A stretch of 64,000 nucleotides of DNA, from assembly GCF_009914755.1 (NCBI RefSeq), contig NC_060926.1; one strand, 5' to 3'. Under the pieces are notes generated by a model that was not told the DNA's origin, made no database searches, and saw nothing but the letters and a program-made list of their open reading frames with translations. Of this stretch, positions 50,009 to 62,655 are shown one piece after another (the stretch's first letter is position 1; each line of letters starts with the position of its first letter). A program made the position numbers and the translations under genes. The DNA comes from the human T2T-CHM13v2.0 reference genome, Homo sapiens.

Positions 50009-53000
50009 TTGGGTTCTCAGCTCATCTTTTCATCACTTGCTTCTCTTAGATAATGTTCAAATACTGGTTACAAATAGGAGAATAAATGATGAGTTCATTG
50101 GACGAGAATTGAGGGGAGTTAGCAGAAGATTTCTGTAAGAACACAGTCTGGGTGTCCCAAAGCAAGTTATAAAGTAATACAATTTTTCTTCGATCCCACT
50201 TACCATCCTTTCTGCATCATCTTCCTCCAAGTCAGGTGCTCAGTGTTTCTGAGTGAGATGAACAATTCAATCAGATGTAATTGTTAGTCACAATGTTTTA
50301 GTCTTCCCATGGATGTATTAAGTATATATATTTACATATATTCTACAGGAAGTGGCACTATTTAATCAAGGAAATCCAATGCCAATAATGGATTTTGGGG
50401 ATCTACCCAGGATAGATAGGTAAAGGGATATTTTTGGCCGTTACTGACGCCTTTCAGTCACCTAATGATTGGCTATTTGTCTTGCCTATTTATAAGTCAG
50501 TTGTAAGTTTCATTGGGCAAACAAAGGAAGTTGTTGTTTTTCAGTCTGCTGTTGGTTTTACCTTTCCTGGCAGTAACGTTTCCCTAGGGGCAAGCAAATA
50601 CTCCAAGTTGAACATCTCATTTACAGCACTGTCATTTGGGGTGATAGTTATTTGTAGTTTGTAGAGGAATTATTTCATCATATGAGTGAACAGATGGGTT
50701 AATAAAGCTGTCTGAAGTTGCAAACTGGTACACAGACTATTTCAGGGACATCCATCATGGTGTCATGTTGCTGAATGCTGAACTACCAATAGACTATTAG
50801 ATTACAAGCACCTTGAAAACCAGAATTAAACCTAATCTAAACCCAAGCCATAGCAACAGAGTATCGAGGTAGGCTTTACTTCTAGTCTTCAAGAAGTGAA
50901 GGTAGCTTGGCATCTGCTGCTATCATGCAGGCATTAGAACATTTAAAGAAAACATGTAAGCTGTGACAATGTTAATTTCATAAGAAAAAAATGGGTTTGT
51001 ATAATTTTATTCTGAAATGTGTTTCCTTTATTTTCTAACTATAAAATGGTTTTGACATCTTCAAAAACATCATCGCATAAATGCAAACATATTTTTTAAA
51101 GAACTAACACTTTATAGACTTTAGGTGAAGGGATTCTGCAAGGACTGTGACATCCAATGGGAGGGTGCTTATGTGTGGTGTGTATAGAGACCTAATAAGA
51201 ACTACTTCAAAGTTTTACAGAACTTGTCAGAAGTCTTATAACTCGTACCAAGGGGAAGATAACAGCAATCAAAGTTGTAAATAAACTAGATGTTGCTGGC
51301 TAGCAAGATTTCTCTACATAGACCCTAAACGGCCCTATTGTCAAGATTTGTGTGGGAGATGCAAAGGCAAACACCTATCCTGTGTGAGCACTTTCAGCTT
51401 CAAATATCATTTCAATAAATGAATGCAAAAAATAGTAAAAAAAATACAGCAGGATCATGGCTGGGGCTAGGTCTAAAATAACAAAATTATTTGTTATTTT
51501 AATTGTGTGCACAAGCTGTCTCCTTTTTGTAGTGAGCTCTGTTTTGTCTTACACTTCACTGAAGTATGCACTGCATACTGAGATTTGATTGAAGCCACAT
51601 AAGAAGGAAAGATTTGGAAGGCAGTGAGGGAGTCTGCCATGGTTGCTGGTTCTCTATGAGGCTCAATTGTTGGGGTGCACATGGCATGCAACACTGATGC
51701 TTGACAATATAAGGCAATGGCTTTCAGCTATGGCTGCACATTATAATAACCTAGCAAGCTTCTAAAACATACCAATTAAATTAGAGCCTTTTGGGGTGGG
51801 GTTCTGTCTTTGGTATACACTAAAAACACTCCAGGTGATTCTAATATGCAGCCAGGGTTGAAAATCATTGGTAAAATGGATGCAAATATCAGTCCATAAA
51901 CTCAAATGTGCAAGAAGCAGAACTTAATTTTTTATTCCCAGCCTCAATTTTGCTACTAACTTCATTCTTTTTTATGGTTTACTTAACCCTGTAGTTCAGA
52001 GTTCTTATGCAGCGCAAAATTTTGGGGAGCAGAGGAACCTCTTATTTGTAGGTCATCTGTCCACTAAAGTTACCATTGGATGTCCCATCACCCCATCAAC
52101 ATGACACTTTTGGTCCAGTGGTGCGGCATGCTTCGAGAACTGGCATCTTTCTGTGATGTGCCTCCACTCAAGAACTAGGTCTGAGCCTAAGGGATGCCAC
52201 AAAACTCAGTAGTCACACAAGTCATATTTTAATGTATAATTACTGATGTCTAAATTAATGCAAAAAATCCACAATGAACAAAATATCGGAAGTTTAAATA
52301 AAAACAGTGTCAGTACCCACTCTGTCCCCAGCTTTTCTTCTTGTGGTAGGAAATACTGCCTCTCTAGCAATGTGCAGACTGCAGTTTTTTCCTGCTTGTT
52401 CATTCCAGTTGAGGAAAATGTCATTTAATCCCGGAAAAATATTTTTCCTTTTGTGTTTCTGTCTTGCATATTTAATCTACTCTGGAGAATATTCTTTTGT
52501 ACACCTGTTTCCAAATTAGGTGTAAAGTTTTGGAAAAGAGTATATGAAGAAAAGTATTCAGTAGGCAACTTGCAATGTTTGCTTTGCCATTTCTCTCTTA
52601 TTTGTCACCGAGCATAGAATTCACTACCTGCTTGAGGTATATGTGACTGTGTATGTGTGTGTGGGTGAGTGTGTGTGTGTGCATGAAGGGATAGAGTGCC
52701 ATAAGGGTCTCCTTACCTCCCTCTTTTCTTTTTTTCCTCCCTCTCTCACTCCCTCCTTCCTTACCTTCCTCCCCTCTTTCCCTCCCTGTGTTCTTCCTTC
52801 CTTGCTGCAAAATAAAGGCAAATTGGTAGGCAACTTAAGATATTTTTTATTATTTATCAAATATTCAGATACTATTTTTGCCAACATGCCCTGTAGTCCA
52901 TACAGGGAATTTCTTGGACTTGCACCTCACCAAAAACTTCCACCTAGCAGGGGCACTAGAAGCTTCTGTGGCATCTGTCCCTGGGTTCTGTGATTTGCAC

Positions 53001-54169
53001 AAGAGAATGCTCAACTTTTCCACTCCACATTTTACTATGTAAGGAATGAAACCAAAACTGTGTATGTCTCTCTGTCTCCAGAGCCTTTGGTGGAAACAAG
53101 TCCTTCTGCCTTTGTTCTCCTATCTCTCAGATGGTGGTTGATAACCCCCATCTTGTTATCAGCATTTCCTGCCTCTATTCCTTGGGTGTCTTTGAATAAA
53201 TAATTTCCTTTTCTTCTAGACACAAATAAGAGCTAACATAGGAATTAACTTAAGCAAATTGAGTCTTCTTGAGGAGCTCCTGTGCAAAGATGTCTGGATG
53301 TCAGCAGATCATGTTTCTTGGCAAGAGAGAAGGACAATGAATTCATGGAGGCTAGATCATCTAGGGCCCTATTTGCAAGGAATTTGGCTGTTTCTCAGCA
53401 TGAGATGAGAAGGCATCAGAGGATACTGAATAGAGAAGTGACATAACCTACATAGAACTTAACCTTAGTTGCACTACTCTCTTGCTAGCTTCCTGCTCTT
53501 CCTCCAACATGCAGGCACACTTCCTCCTCAGGGCTTTGGTACTTGCTCTTCTATTTGCTTGAGACGTTTGCCCCACAGATAGCTGCACGGCTCAGTGCCT
53601 CACCTTCTCAGCAGCATCCTTCCTGGCCACCCTATTTAATACTTAAACTTCTTATACTTTTTCTTCGCTACTTTATTTTCCTTCATTGCATTTATCTAAT
53701 ACTATGTGTTAACTGTCTATGTCATTTATTTTCTGTCAAAGAAAAATAATTATATTCTGGACAGCTGGTCTGTTTTTTATCAAATAGGGAATGGAAATCT
53801 TTTAACTGATTATATCTTTCCTTCTTTTATTTTTGGAATTAGCTCTAATAAGCTCAGCAAACTTTGTGTAAGATCTAATTAAGGGGTATCTTCTTGTATG
53901 CTAACTCTTCCAGATTTCATCTTACTATTTGGTCATCATTACATTTGACCCAGATTTAAATTTTTAAAAAATGTATTACTGTTTTATATCTACTTTTGTT
54001 TCAAATAATCTTTAAGCAAGGCATGTCATAAAGAAGAATTTATCCTTATATCTCCTATACCCAGTGAAGTTTGTGCATATAGAACATGTTAATAAGCTGA
54101 ATATGATATGTAAAATGTAATAAAATGTTAAAAATATTCATATCCTATTTACCTCGGGAGGTTTATACT

Positions 54170-54682
54170 TTATTTTTATTTAATTTTTTTATAATTTCAA
54201 ATTTTATGTTAGATTTGGGGGTAATGAGCAGGTTTGTTACATAGGTATATTGTGTGATGCCGAGGTTTGGGATACAAATGATCCCATCTCCCAGATACTA
54301 AGCATAGTACCCAACAGTTTTTCAACCCTTGTCCCCATACCTCTCTCCCCACTCCAACAGTCTTCAGTTTCTATTGTTGCCATTTTTGTGTCCATGAGTA
54401 CTCAGTGTTTAGGTCCCACTTATAGGCAAGAACATGCAGTATTTGGTGTTTTGTTCCTGCATTAATTCGCTTAGGATAATAGCCCCAGCTGCATCCACGT
54501 TGCTGGAAAGAACATGATTTCATTCTTTTTTGTGGCTGTTTAGTATCCCATGGTGTATATGTAGCACATTTTCTGTATCCAATCTACCATTAAAGGCACC
54601 TAGGTTGATTCCACGTCTTTGCTATTCTGAAGAGTGCTGCAATAAACATGTGCATGCATGTGTCTTTTTGGTAGAACAATAT

Positions 54683-54716
<34 letters not shown>

Positions 54717-57700
54717 CTCCAGTAATGCAGTCATGGGGTTGCTGGGCTGAATGGTAGTTCTGCTTTGAGTTCTTTGAGAAATCTCTAAACTGCTTTCCAC
54801 AGTGGCTGAGCTAATTAACATTCCCATCAACAGTGTATAAGCATTCCCTTTTCTTCACAGCCTCGCCAGCATCGGTTGTTTTTTGACTTTTTAATAACGG
54901 CCATTCTTACTGGTATGAGATTGTATCTTATTTTGGTTTTGACCTGTGTTTCTCTGATGATTAGTTATGTGGAGCATTTTTTCATGTTTGCTGACGTATG
55001 AAGATGACATATGTTGTATGTCTTCTTGTTAGAAGTGTCTGTCCATGTCTTTTGCCCATTTTTTAATGGGGTTTGAGCATAGAATATTTTTCCACTGGTT
55101 TGTGTCATCTATTATTTCTTTGAGCAGTGTTTTGTAGTAGTTCTCCTTGTAGAAATCTTTCACCTCCTTGGTTAAATATATTTCTAGGTATTTTATTTTA
55201 TTTTTTTCTGTGGCTATTGTAAATGGGATTGCATTCTTGATTTGGTTCTCAGCTTGAGTGTTATTGGTGTATGGAAATGCTAGTGAGTTTTGACACTGAT
55301 TTTGTATTGTGAATCTTTACAAAGTTATTTATCAGTTCCAGGAGCCTTTTGGTGGGTCTTTAGGGTTTTCTAGGCGTAGAATCATATCAGTGAAGAGAGA
55401 CAGTTTGACATCTTCTTTACTTATTTGGATGCCTTTTATTTCCCTCTCTTGCCTTCAAACCAGAGATCTATCTAGGCATGGAGCTGGGAAACCTTTCTGG
55501 CCCCAAGTTCTCTGCATGGGGATGGAAGGCAGCCTAAATTCTTATTCCAGTAGAGTGGGTGCTCTAGATGCTTGGAGATCTGCCTGGGTGTGGAGTGTAG
55601 AGGGCCTTGCTGGACCACAATCTCTGCACAGATAGGGCGGGAGAGCTCAGGCTGGCAAGCCAGGATAACAGGTACTCTTACTGCTTGGAGATATGCCTGT
55701 GCATGGAGTAAAGAGGGCTGTGCTTCACCATGGTGTCTGAACAGGATGGGTGGGCTGGCTCAGGCTGTTGATTCAGGTGAGTGGATGCTCCAAATGCCTG
55801 GATATCTGCCAGAGGGTGGAGCAGAGAGGGCCTGGGCTTCACCACAGTCTCCACACAGGAATGGTTGGGTGGCTTGGTATGCTGATCTGGGTGAATGGTA
55901 GCTGCAACTGCTAGGAGATCTGCCTGGGCATGAAGCAGAGAGGGCCCTGCTGTACCATGATCTCTGCACAGGCAGGGTGGGGTATCTTAGGTTGCTAGTC
56001 AATGTCACCAGGTGTTTCAAATACCTGGATTTCTGCCTGGGAGTGGAGTGGAGAGGGACCCACTGCACCATGATCCCAGAGAAGGAGGTTGGGCCACCCA
56101 GAAATGATACACATAAACCTGTTCTATGTCTCCAAGCTGGTCCTGGCTGCAAGTCTCCTCATCCAGGAGAAACTGGATGAGCAGCTTTCCTCCAGCTCCA
56201 GGCCTGTGACAGGGGAGAGCACAATTCCAGTGCCTACTGATGAGGCACTTTCTATAATTCTGGCTGTAGAGACCTCTACACCACTCCAGAGCAAGCGCTC
56301 CAATCTCTGGCCCAAGACAAAAATGCCTGTGCAGCCACGGTGCCAGATTGCCAAAGAATGGCTGACTTTGTATGCACTCGGGTTAAAAACGGCATCCTGC
56401 TTTCAGTCCTGGGTCTGAGAAAATGCCTGCAGCTTTTCCCTGTGTCTTTTCCTCTCAGCACTTCCAAGCCTCTCTCCAAGTTAGCTCCAGGACTTGGGAG
56501 AAAAAAGTGCTCTCCCTCAGCCTAGGTTGCTGGGATCCCCAGTGGAAAGGTGAGTAGTAGAGGGAGGCTCTCCTCCCCTCTCACGTACTGGGGCTTCACA
56601 CATTGTCAGCCAGATGCCATCATGAGGGCTGTTTGCCCACGTTCTTCTCCTTGGGAGCTGGAGTATCTTTCACAATATCAGGGGATTCGTGTTGTATTAG
56701 TTTGTTCTCACACTGTATGAAGAAATTCCCAAGACTGGATAATTTATAAGGAAAAAAGGTTTAATTGACTCACAGTTATCCACGGTTTTTAGGGGAGGCC
56801 TCAGGAAGCTTACAATTATGGTGGAAGGCACATCTTCACAGGGTGGCAGGAGAGAGAATGAGTGCCAAGCAAAGGGGGAAGCCCCTTATAAAACCATCAG
56901 ATCTCATGAGAACTCATCCACTATCATGAAAACAGCATGGGGGAACCGCCCCCATGATTCAATTATCTCCACCTGATCCCACCCTTGACACCTGGGGATT
57001 ATCATTTCAAGATTACAATTCAAGATGAGATTTGGGTGGGGACACAGCCATGTGATATCATCCCACCACTGGCTCCTCCCAAATCTCATGTCCTCAAATT
57101 TCAAAACACAATCATGCCCTCCCAACAGTCCCCCAAAGTCTTAATTCATTCCAGCATTAACCCAAAAGTCAAAGTCCAAAGTTTCATCTGAGATAAGGCA
57201 AGTCTCTTCTGCCTATAGGGCTATAAAATCCAAAGCAAGTTAGTTCCTTCCTAGATACAGTGGAGGTACAGGCCTTGGGTAAATACACCTATTCCAAATG
57301 GGAGAAATTGGCCAAAACAAAGGGTCTACAGTCCCCATGCAAGTCCGACATTCAATAGGGCAGTCATTAAAACTTAAAGCTCCAAAATGATCTCCTTTGA
57401 CTCTTATGTCTCATATCCAGGTCACACTGATGCAAGAGGAAGGCTCCCACATCCTTGGCAGCTCTGCCCCTGTGGCTTTGCAGGGTGCAGGCTCCTCCCA
57501 GCTGTTTTCACGACTGGCACTGAGTGTTTGCAGTTTTCCAGGCGTACTGTGAAAGCTGGTGATGGATCTACCATTCTGGGGTCTGGAGGATGGTGGCCCT
57601 CTTCTCACAGCTCCACTAGGCAGTGCCCCAGTGGGGACTTTGTGTGGGGGCTCCAACCCCATCTTTCCCTTCCACACTGCCCTAGCAGAGGGTTCTCCAT

Positions 57701-59143
57701 GAGGGCTCTAACCCTACAGCAAATTTCTGCTTGGACATCTAGGTGTTTCCATATATCCTCTGAAATCTAGGTGGAGGTCCCCAAACTTCAATTCTTGACT
57801 TCTCTGCACCCACAGGCTCAACACCATGTGGAAACTGCCAGGCTTGGGGCTTGTGCCCTCTGAAGCCATGGCCAGAGCTGTACCTTGGGCATTTTTAGCC
57901 ATGGCTAGAGTGGCTGGGAAACAGAGCACCAAGTCTCTAGGCTGCACACATCGGGGGGCCCTGGACCTGGTCCCAGGAAACCATATTTTCCTCCCAGGCC
58001 TCTGGGCCTATAATGGGAGGGGCTGCCATGAAGGTCACTGACATACCCTGGGGACATTTTCCCATTGTCTTGGTGATTAACATTCTGCTCCTTGTTACTT
58101 AGCAAATTGCTGTGATAGGCTTGAATTTCTCCTCAGGAAATGGGTTTTTCTTTTCTATTGCATCATCAGGCTGCAAATTTTCCAAACTTTTATGCTCTGC
58201 TTCCCTTTTAAACATAAGTTGCAATCCCAAATCATATCTTTGTGAATACGTAAAACTGAATGCTTTTAACAGCACCCAAGTCACTTCTTGAATGCTTTGC
58301 TGCTTAGAAATTTCTTCCACCAGATACCCTAAATCATCTCTCTCAAGTTCAAAGTTCTACAGATCTCTAGGGCAGGGGCAAAATACCACCAGTCCCTTTG
58401 CTAAAGCATAGCAATACTCACCTTTATTCTAATTCCCAACAAGTTCCTCATCTCTATCTGAGACCATCTCAGCCTGGACTTCATTGTCCATATCTCTGTC
58501 AGCATTTTAGTCAAAACCATTAGACAAGTCTCTAGGAAGTTCCAAACTTTCTCACATCTTCCTGTCTTCTTCTGAGCCCTCCAAACTGTTCCAACCTCTG
58601 CCTGTTACCCACTTCTAAAGTCATCTCCACATTTTCAGCTATCTTTACAGCAGCCTCCCATTACCCAGTACCAAGTTACTGTATTAGTCTGTTTTCAGGC
58701 TGTGATGAAAAAATTCCTGAAACTGTGTAATTTATAAGGGAAAAAGGTTTAATTGACTCACAGTTCCACATGGCTGGAGAGCCCTCAAGAAACTTGCAAT
58801 TATGGCAGGAGGCACCTCCTCACAGGGTGGCAGGAGAGAAAATGAGTGCCGAGAAGTGGGGAAAGCCCTTTATATAGCCATCAGATCTTGTGAGAACCCA
58901 CTCACCATCATGAGAACAGCATGGGGGAAACTGCCCCCATGATTCAATTATCTCCACCTGGTCCCACCCTTGACACGTGGAGATTATCACAACTCAAGGT
59001 GAGATTTGAGTGGGGACACAAAGCCAAACCATATTACCAATTTTCCTTCTCGAATTAATGCTCACAGAGTTGATCTTTGTGCAATATCTTGCTATTTCCA
59101 AGTGGTCGAGGCACACTGAAAGCTTCTAATCCACCATCTTGGG
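54170..59143 (-). mobile_element. Internally deleted old L1 (L1PA15/16-like): 3' end 54170-55075, ORF2 piece to ~55452, 5'UTR 55455-56692 and 59037-59143
   Basis: 3'UTR reverse complement (aggtttgttacataggtatattgtgtgatgccgagg), ORF2 antisense text, ~115-nt 5'UTR repeats (ggagatctgcctggg), terminal ccatcttggg (= CCCAAGATGG). Confidence 0.75.
56693..59036 (-). mobile_element. Complete MaLR provirus (THE1D/MSTA-like): LTR 56693-57060, internal 57061-58679, LTR 58680-59036
   Basis: Two ~360-nt direct repeats starting tgtattagt flank a ~1.6 kb MaLR internal region. Confidence 0.9.
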
Positions 59144-59151
59144 AAAAAATA

Positions 59152-59340
59152 ATCTCTCTCTCTCTCTATATATATATTTTTTTATATATATGTATATTTT
59201 ATATATATATAATATATATATAAAAGAGAGATATAGAGATATCTATGAGATACATATAGATATATATATTTATATATAAAAGAGAGATATAAATATAGAG
59301 ATATATTTTTTATATATATATACACACATATATACATATA
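59152..59340. repeat. (TC)n/(TA)n-rich low-complexity tract
   Basis: Direct reading. Confidence 0.9.
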
Positions 59341-59986
59341 ATGTTAAAAAGCATCTTTTCAAATAAATGCTGCTTGCATATGTTAATTTAGTTTGAACAA
59401 TTTTGGAGTGGATTTCAGGACAGGAGAGAGAAAAAAGCAAAGAGCAAAACAACTCCACTCTAAAGGGAAGTCATAGTTCCTGGGTCTGAGTGGTGCTTCT
59501 TGCCTCCATCCTGCCCTGACCCTTCATAGTCTCGTGACTTTCACATTGCTCTAATAAGATATCAAAATTTGAGTGAGGGGTTCAGTTCCTATCTCTGTTC
59601 TCCCAGTAATGCAACAAAAAGGGTAACTTGTCCCTCCTCTTTACATTTTAAAATAAGGAAGGGTTGAATTAGCTCAGTGTTTCTCAAGGCTTGATTCACC
59701 TTAATTGACTGAAGAGCTTTTTAAAAATCCCAATTTCTTTGGCCCTTGTCATAGACATTCTGATTCCTTTTATTTGGCAGAAGACCCAGGCACTGACCTA
59801 ATTTTTAAAAGTTCTGTATATGGTTCTCTTGTGCAGGCAGAATTGAGATCATTGGCTTTGCTAAGGTATCTCCAGCACTGACATCCTGTGACTAGGTGGA
59901 TAATTTAACTCTTCCTAACTCTACAGAAAAAGTGAGAAGCTCTAGAGATTCCACTGGTAACCTCTTCAAGGTTATGTCACATGCTG

Positions 59987-60001
59987 CCACTAGATGGCGC
60001 A
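59987..60001 (+). promoter_or_regulatory. CTCF motif
   Basis: GCCACTAGATGGCGCA, a perfect fit to CCASYAGRKGGCRS with a retained CpG in unique sequence. Confidence 0.75.
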
Positions 60002-61164
60002 GGCAATTCTTGGGACGGAGGAGATTCTGGTTATTTGGGATTTTCATTTTCCCTGTGCAATATACTTGAGACACTCAGCTTAAGAAGCTTCGTGGGGGAA
60101 TGACATTTTAGCTCCTTTCCCAAAGCTCGAGGCCCAGAAGGTAGAGCTGTTTTGCTTGACAAGTTGATAGAGAGAGACTCATTAAATAAACGTTCTATCG
60201 TCTGAAGGGAGAAAGTAAAACCCCCGGCATAAATATTAGTTCACATTTTTCTTATTATTTCCAGCAGGTGTGTGTTCTCCCCTTCTCTGTGTCTTTCTCT
60301 CTCTTACTCTTTGTTGGTGGCCTCTTTTTACCTTTATCTTTTCCCTTTTCTTGGTTTCTGTCTGTAACCACTGTTTGTAAACTGGTTATGATGAATTTAC
60401 AGGTGGATTAAATCTTAGTTTGCCACCTTTGTGGTAGATAAAAATTTTAGGAATCCAAAAACGATACCTACACAATATTCTTAGAAGGGTGAACACATTC
60501 AGGTTACAATGGAAAAATTCTTATTCAGGAGACTTCCTCTGCAATGTTGTTTGTTCATAGCAGCTGTGGTAGCACCCGCCAAATCCAGGAAGAAAGAATT
60601 TTATGCCGTATCAGGGAAAAACAGTCAAAATCCTTTCCTCTTTACAGCACAATTCGGGTGACGGCCAAAGCTCTTAGTGTACATACAAGTAGGGGTTTTT
60701 GCACAATAATAGGGTGTGCTTCTCTGATGCTTTTCACTGGAAGACCTCATAGCACATTGCTGCTTTATTCCATAAAGCTGCCTCTTTCCCCTGGGCTGTC
60801 AGAATAGGAAGATGTGTTGTGATTTTTTTTTTCAAAGAGATTGCATTCCTTCCCTGGCTTTGTCCCAGCCCAGCTGCTTGTTGTTCAGGGAGATGCTGCG
60901 CTTTTGGTGCCAGGATATACCACTGTGCTTTCTTTTTCCCTGAGTGACATATACTGATGGGTCACTGCCTGAAACAGTGGAACAAGGCATGGTGTGTGTC
61001 CACCCGTGAAGATCCATTGTTTATTCTTCCCTAGTTTCCATCTAGCAGCATCAGGTTCCCATCTTCATTAAGAAACAAAACAACCGACCAAACAAATAAA
61101 ACCCCACAAACAATGCAAAATAAACCACCACAAATGCAAGAAAAAAGTCTTTTTTAAATTTTAC

Positions 61165-61400
61165 ATTAATAGCTAACGTTGAGTGCAAACTATATTCTGG
61201 ATATTGTTTTAATCACTTGTCATATGTTGTGTCATTAATCCTCACATCAGTGTCATGAGCTAGGTCCTATTATTATCCCCATTTTACAGATGAAGAAATT
61301 GAGTAAAAGTAGGGTTAAGTAAGTTGCTCAATGTCATGCAGCTGATAAGTTGCTGAGCCAAGCTCTGATTCCAGGCAATCTGACACAGTACACCTTAACT
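61165..61400 (-). mobile_element. MIR SINE
   Basis: tattatccccattttacagatgaagaaattgag...ggttaagtaagttgctcaatgtcatgcagct. Confidence 0.85.
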
Positions 61401-62037
61401 CTGTATCTAGATTCCAAAGGGTTGTGTATTGGAGTAACAAGCAAGTAAAGGATAGATTCTCCAATTGGATAGTTGTTAGAAAAGGGTGTATTTCCTGTTA
61501 ATGTAGCTATATTTCTTTTGGTATAAGATTCAACAGATGCTCCAAACCCAGTTCTACCCCATGCTGGAGGACCTAAGTACATTGTGGCATACCCACTTCT
61601 TACTGGCAGAAAAATTAAAAGGCGGGAAACTTCCTTCTCAGTTGTGACTGGGATCATTTAGTGTGTCTGCACAATCCTAAATAAATTTGGAAAGTGAACA
61701 ATTGGGAGGACGACCTACTTTTTTTTTCTGACTCACTTCTACACTACTTAAAAGTAAATAGGAATAGGGGCTGATATATAAGGCATTTGGGAGCTTTTTC
61801 TCGTTGGTCATACATTAACCTCTTTAGGTCAACAGAAGTCTGGAAGAAGGAGGCCACCACACACTCTGCCTAAGAGTGTGTTTTTAGTGTAATTCATGCT
61901 GTATTGGGCATGAAGAAAGCAGACAGCTTTCTGAAATGAGCTATTTCCAAGGGAGTACAATCATATTGCAAAGAAAGCACCTAGAAGGAAGAAATTCATC
62001 CTATAATTAGGGCTCTGAAATATTTTCAATCAACATA

Positions 62038-62116
62038 TAGGTTGGTGCAAAAGTAATTGCAGTTTTTGGCATTGAAAGTAGTGGCCAAAACTGCAATTAC
62101 TTTAGCACCAACCTAA
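62038..62116. mobile_element. MADE1 (Hsmar1-derived 80-bp MITE)
   Basis: taggttggtgcaaaagtaattgc...gcaattactttagcaccaaccta inverted repeat, TA flanks. Confidence 0.92.
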
Positions 62117-62181
62117 TATCATGAAGAAAGAAAAGAAGCACAGTCCTTGCTAGAAAACAGTGATAATCTCAATAGAAGAAT

Positions 62182-62655
62182 CTAAGAGCTAGAAGACTCA
62201 GTTGAAAACAGCAGAATCGGGCCAAATAGGAACAGCTCCAGTCTACTGCTCCCGGCGTGAGCGACACAGAAGACGAATGATTTCTGCATTTCCAACTGAG
62301 GTACTGGGTTCATCTCACTGGGGAGTATCAGACAGTGGGTGCAGGACAGTGGGTGCAGTGCACTGAGCATGAGCCGAAGCAGGGCGAGGCATCGCCTCAC
62401 CCGGGAAGCACAAGGGGTCAGGGAATTCCCTTTCTTAGCCAGGGAAAGGGGTGACAGAGGGCACCTGGAAAATTGGGTCACTCCCACCCTAACACTTTGC
62501 TTTTCCAACCGTCTTAGCAAACGGCACACCAGGAGATTGTATCCCACACCTGGCACGAAGGGTCCTATGCCCACGGAGACTTGCTCATTGCTAATACAGC
62601 AGTCTGAGATCAAACTGCAAGGTGGCAGCGAGGCTGGGGGAGGGGCACCTGCCAT
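62182..62655 (-). other. L1 antisense ORF0-like reading frame, 157 codons (expression unproven)
   Basis: Begins MAGAPPPASLPPCSLISDCC as primate L1 ORF0 does; ATG context gcaATGG; open until 62182. Confidence 0.6.

Noticed and set aside
52940-52958. CTCF-like cctagcaggggcact
   Set aside because: Lacks the CCA start and one G of the core; weak match
55560-56070. ~115-nt periodic repeats resembling an array
   Set aside because: Degenerate internal repeats of the old L1 5'UTR; no conserved repeat/unique spacer structure
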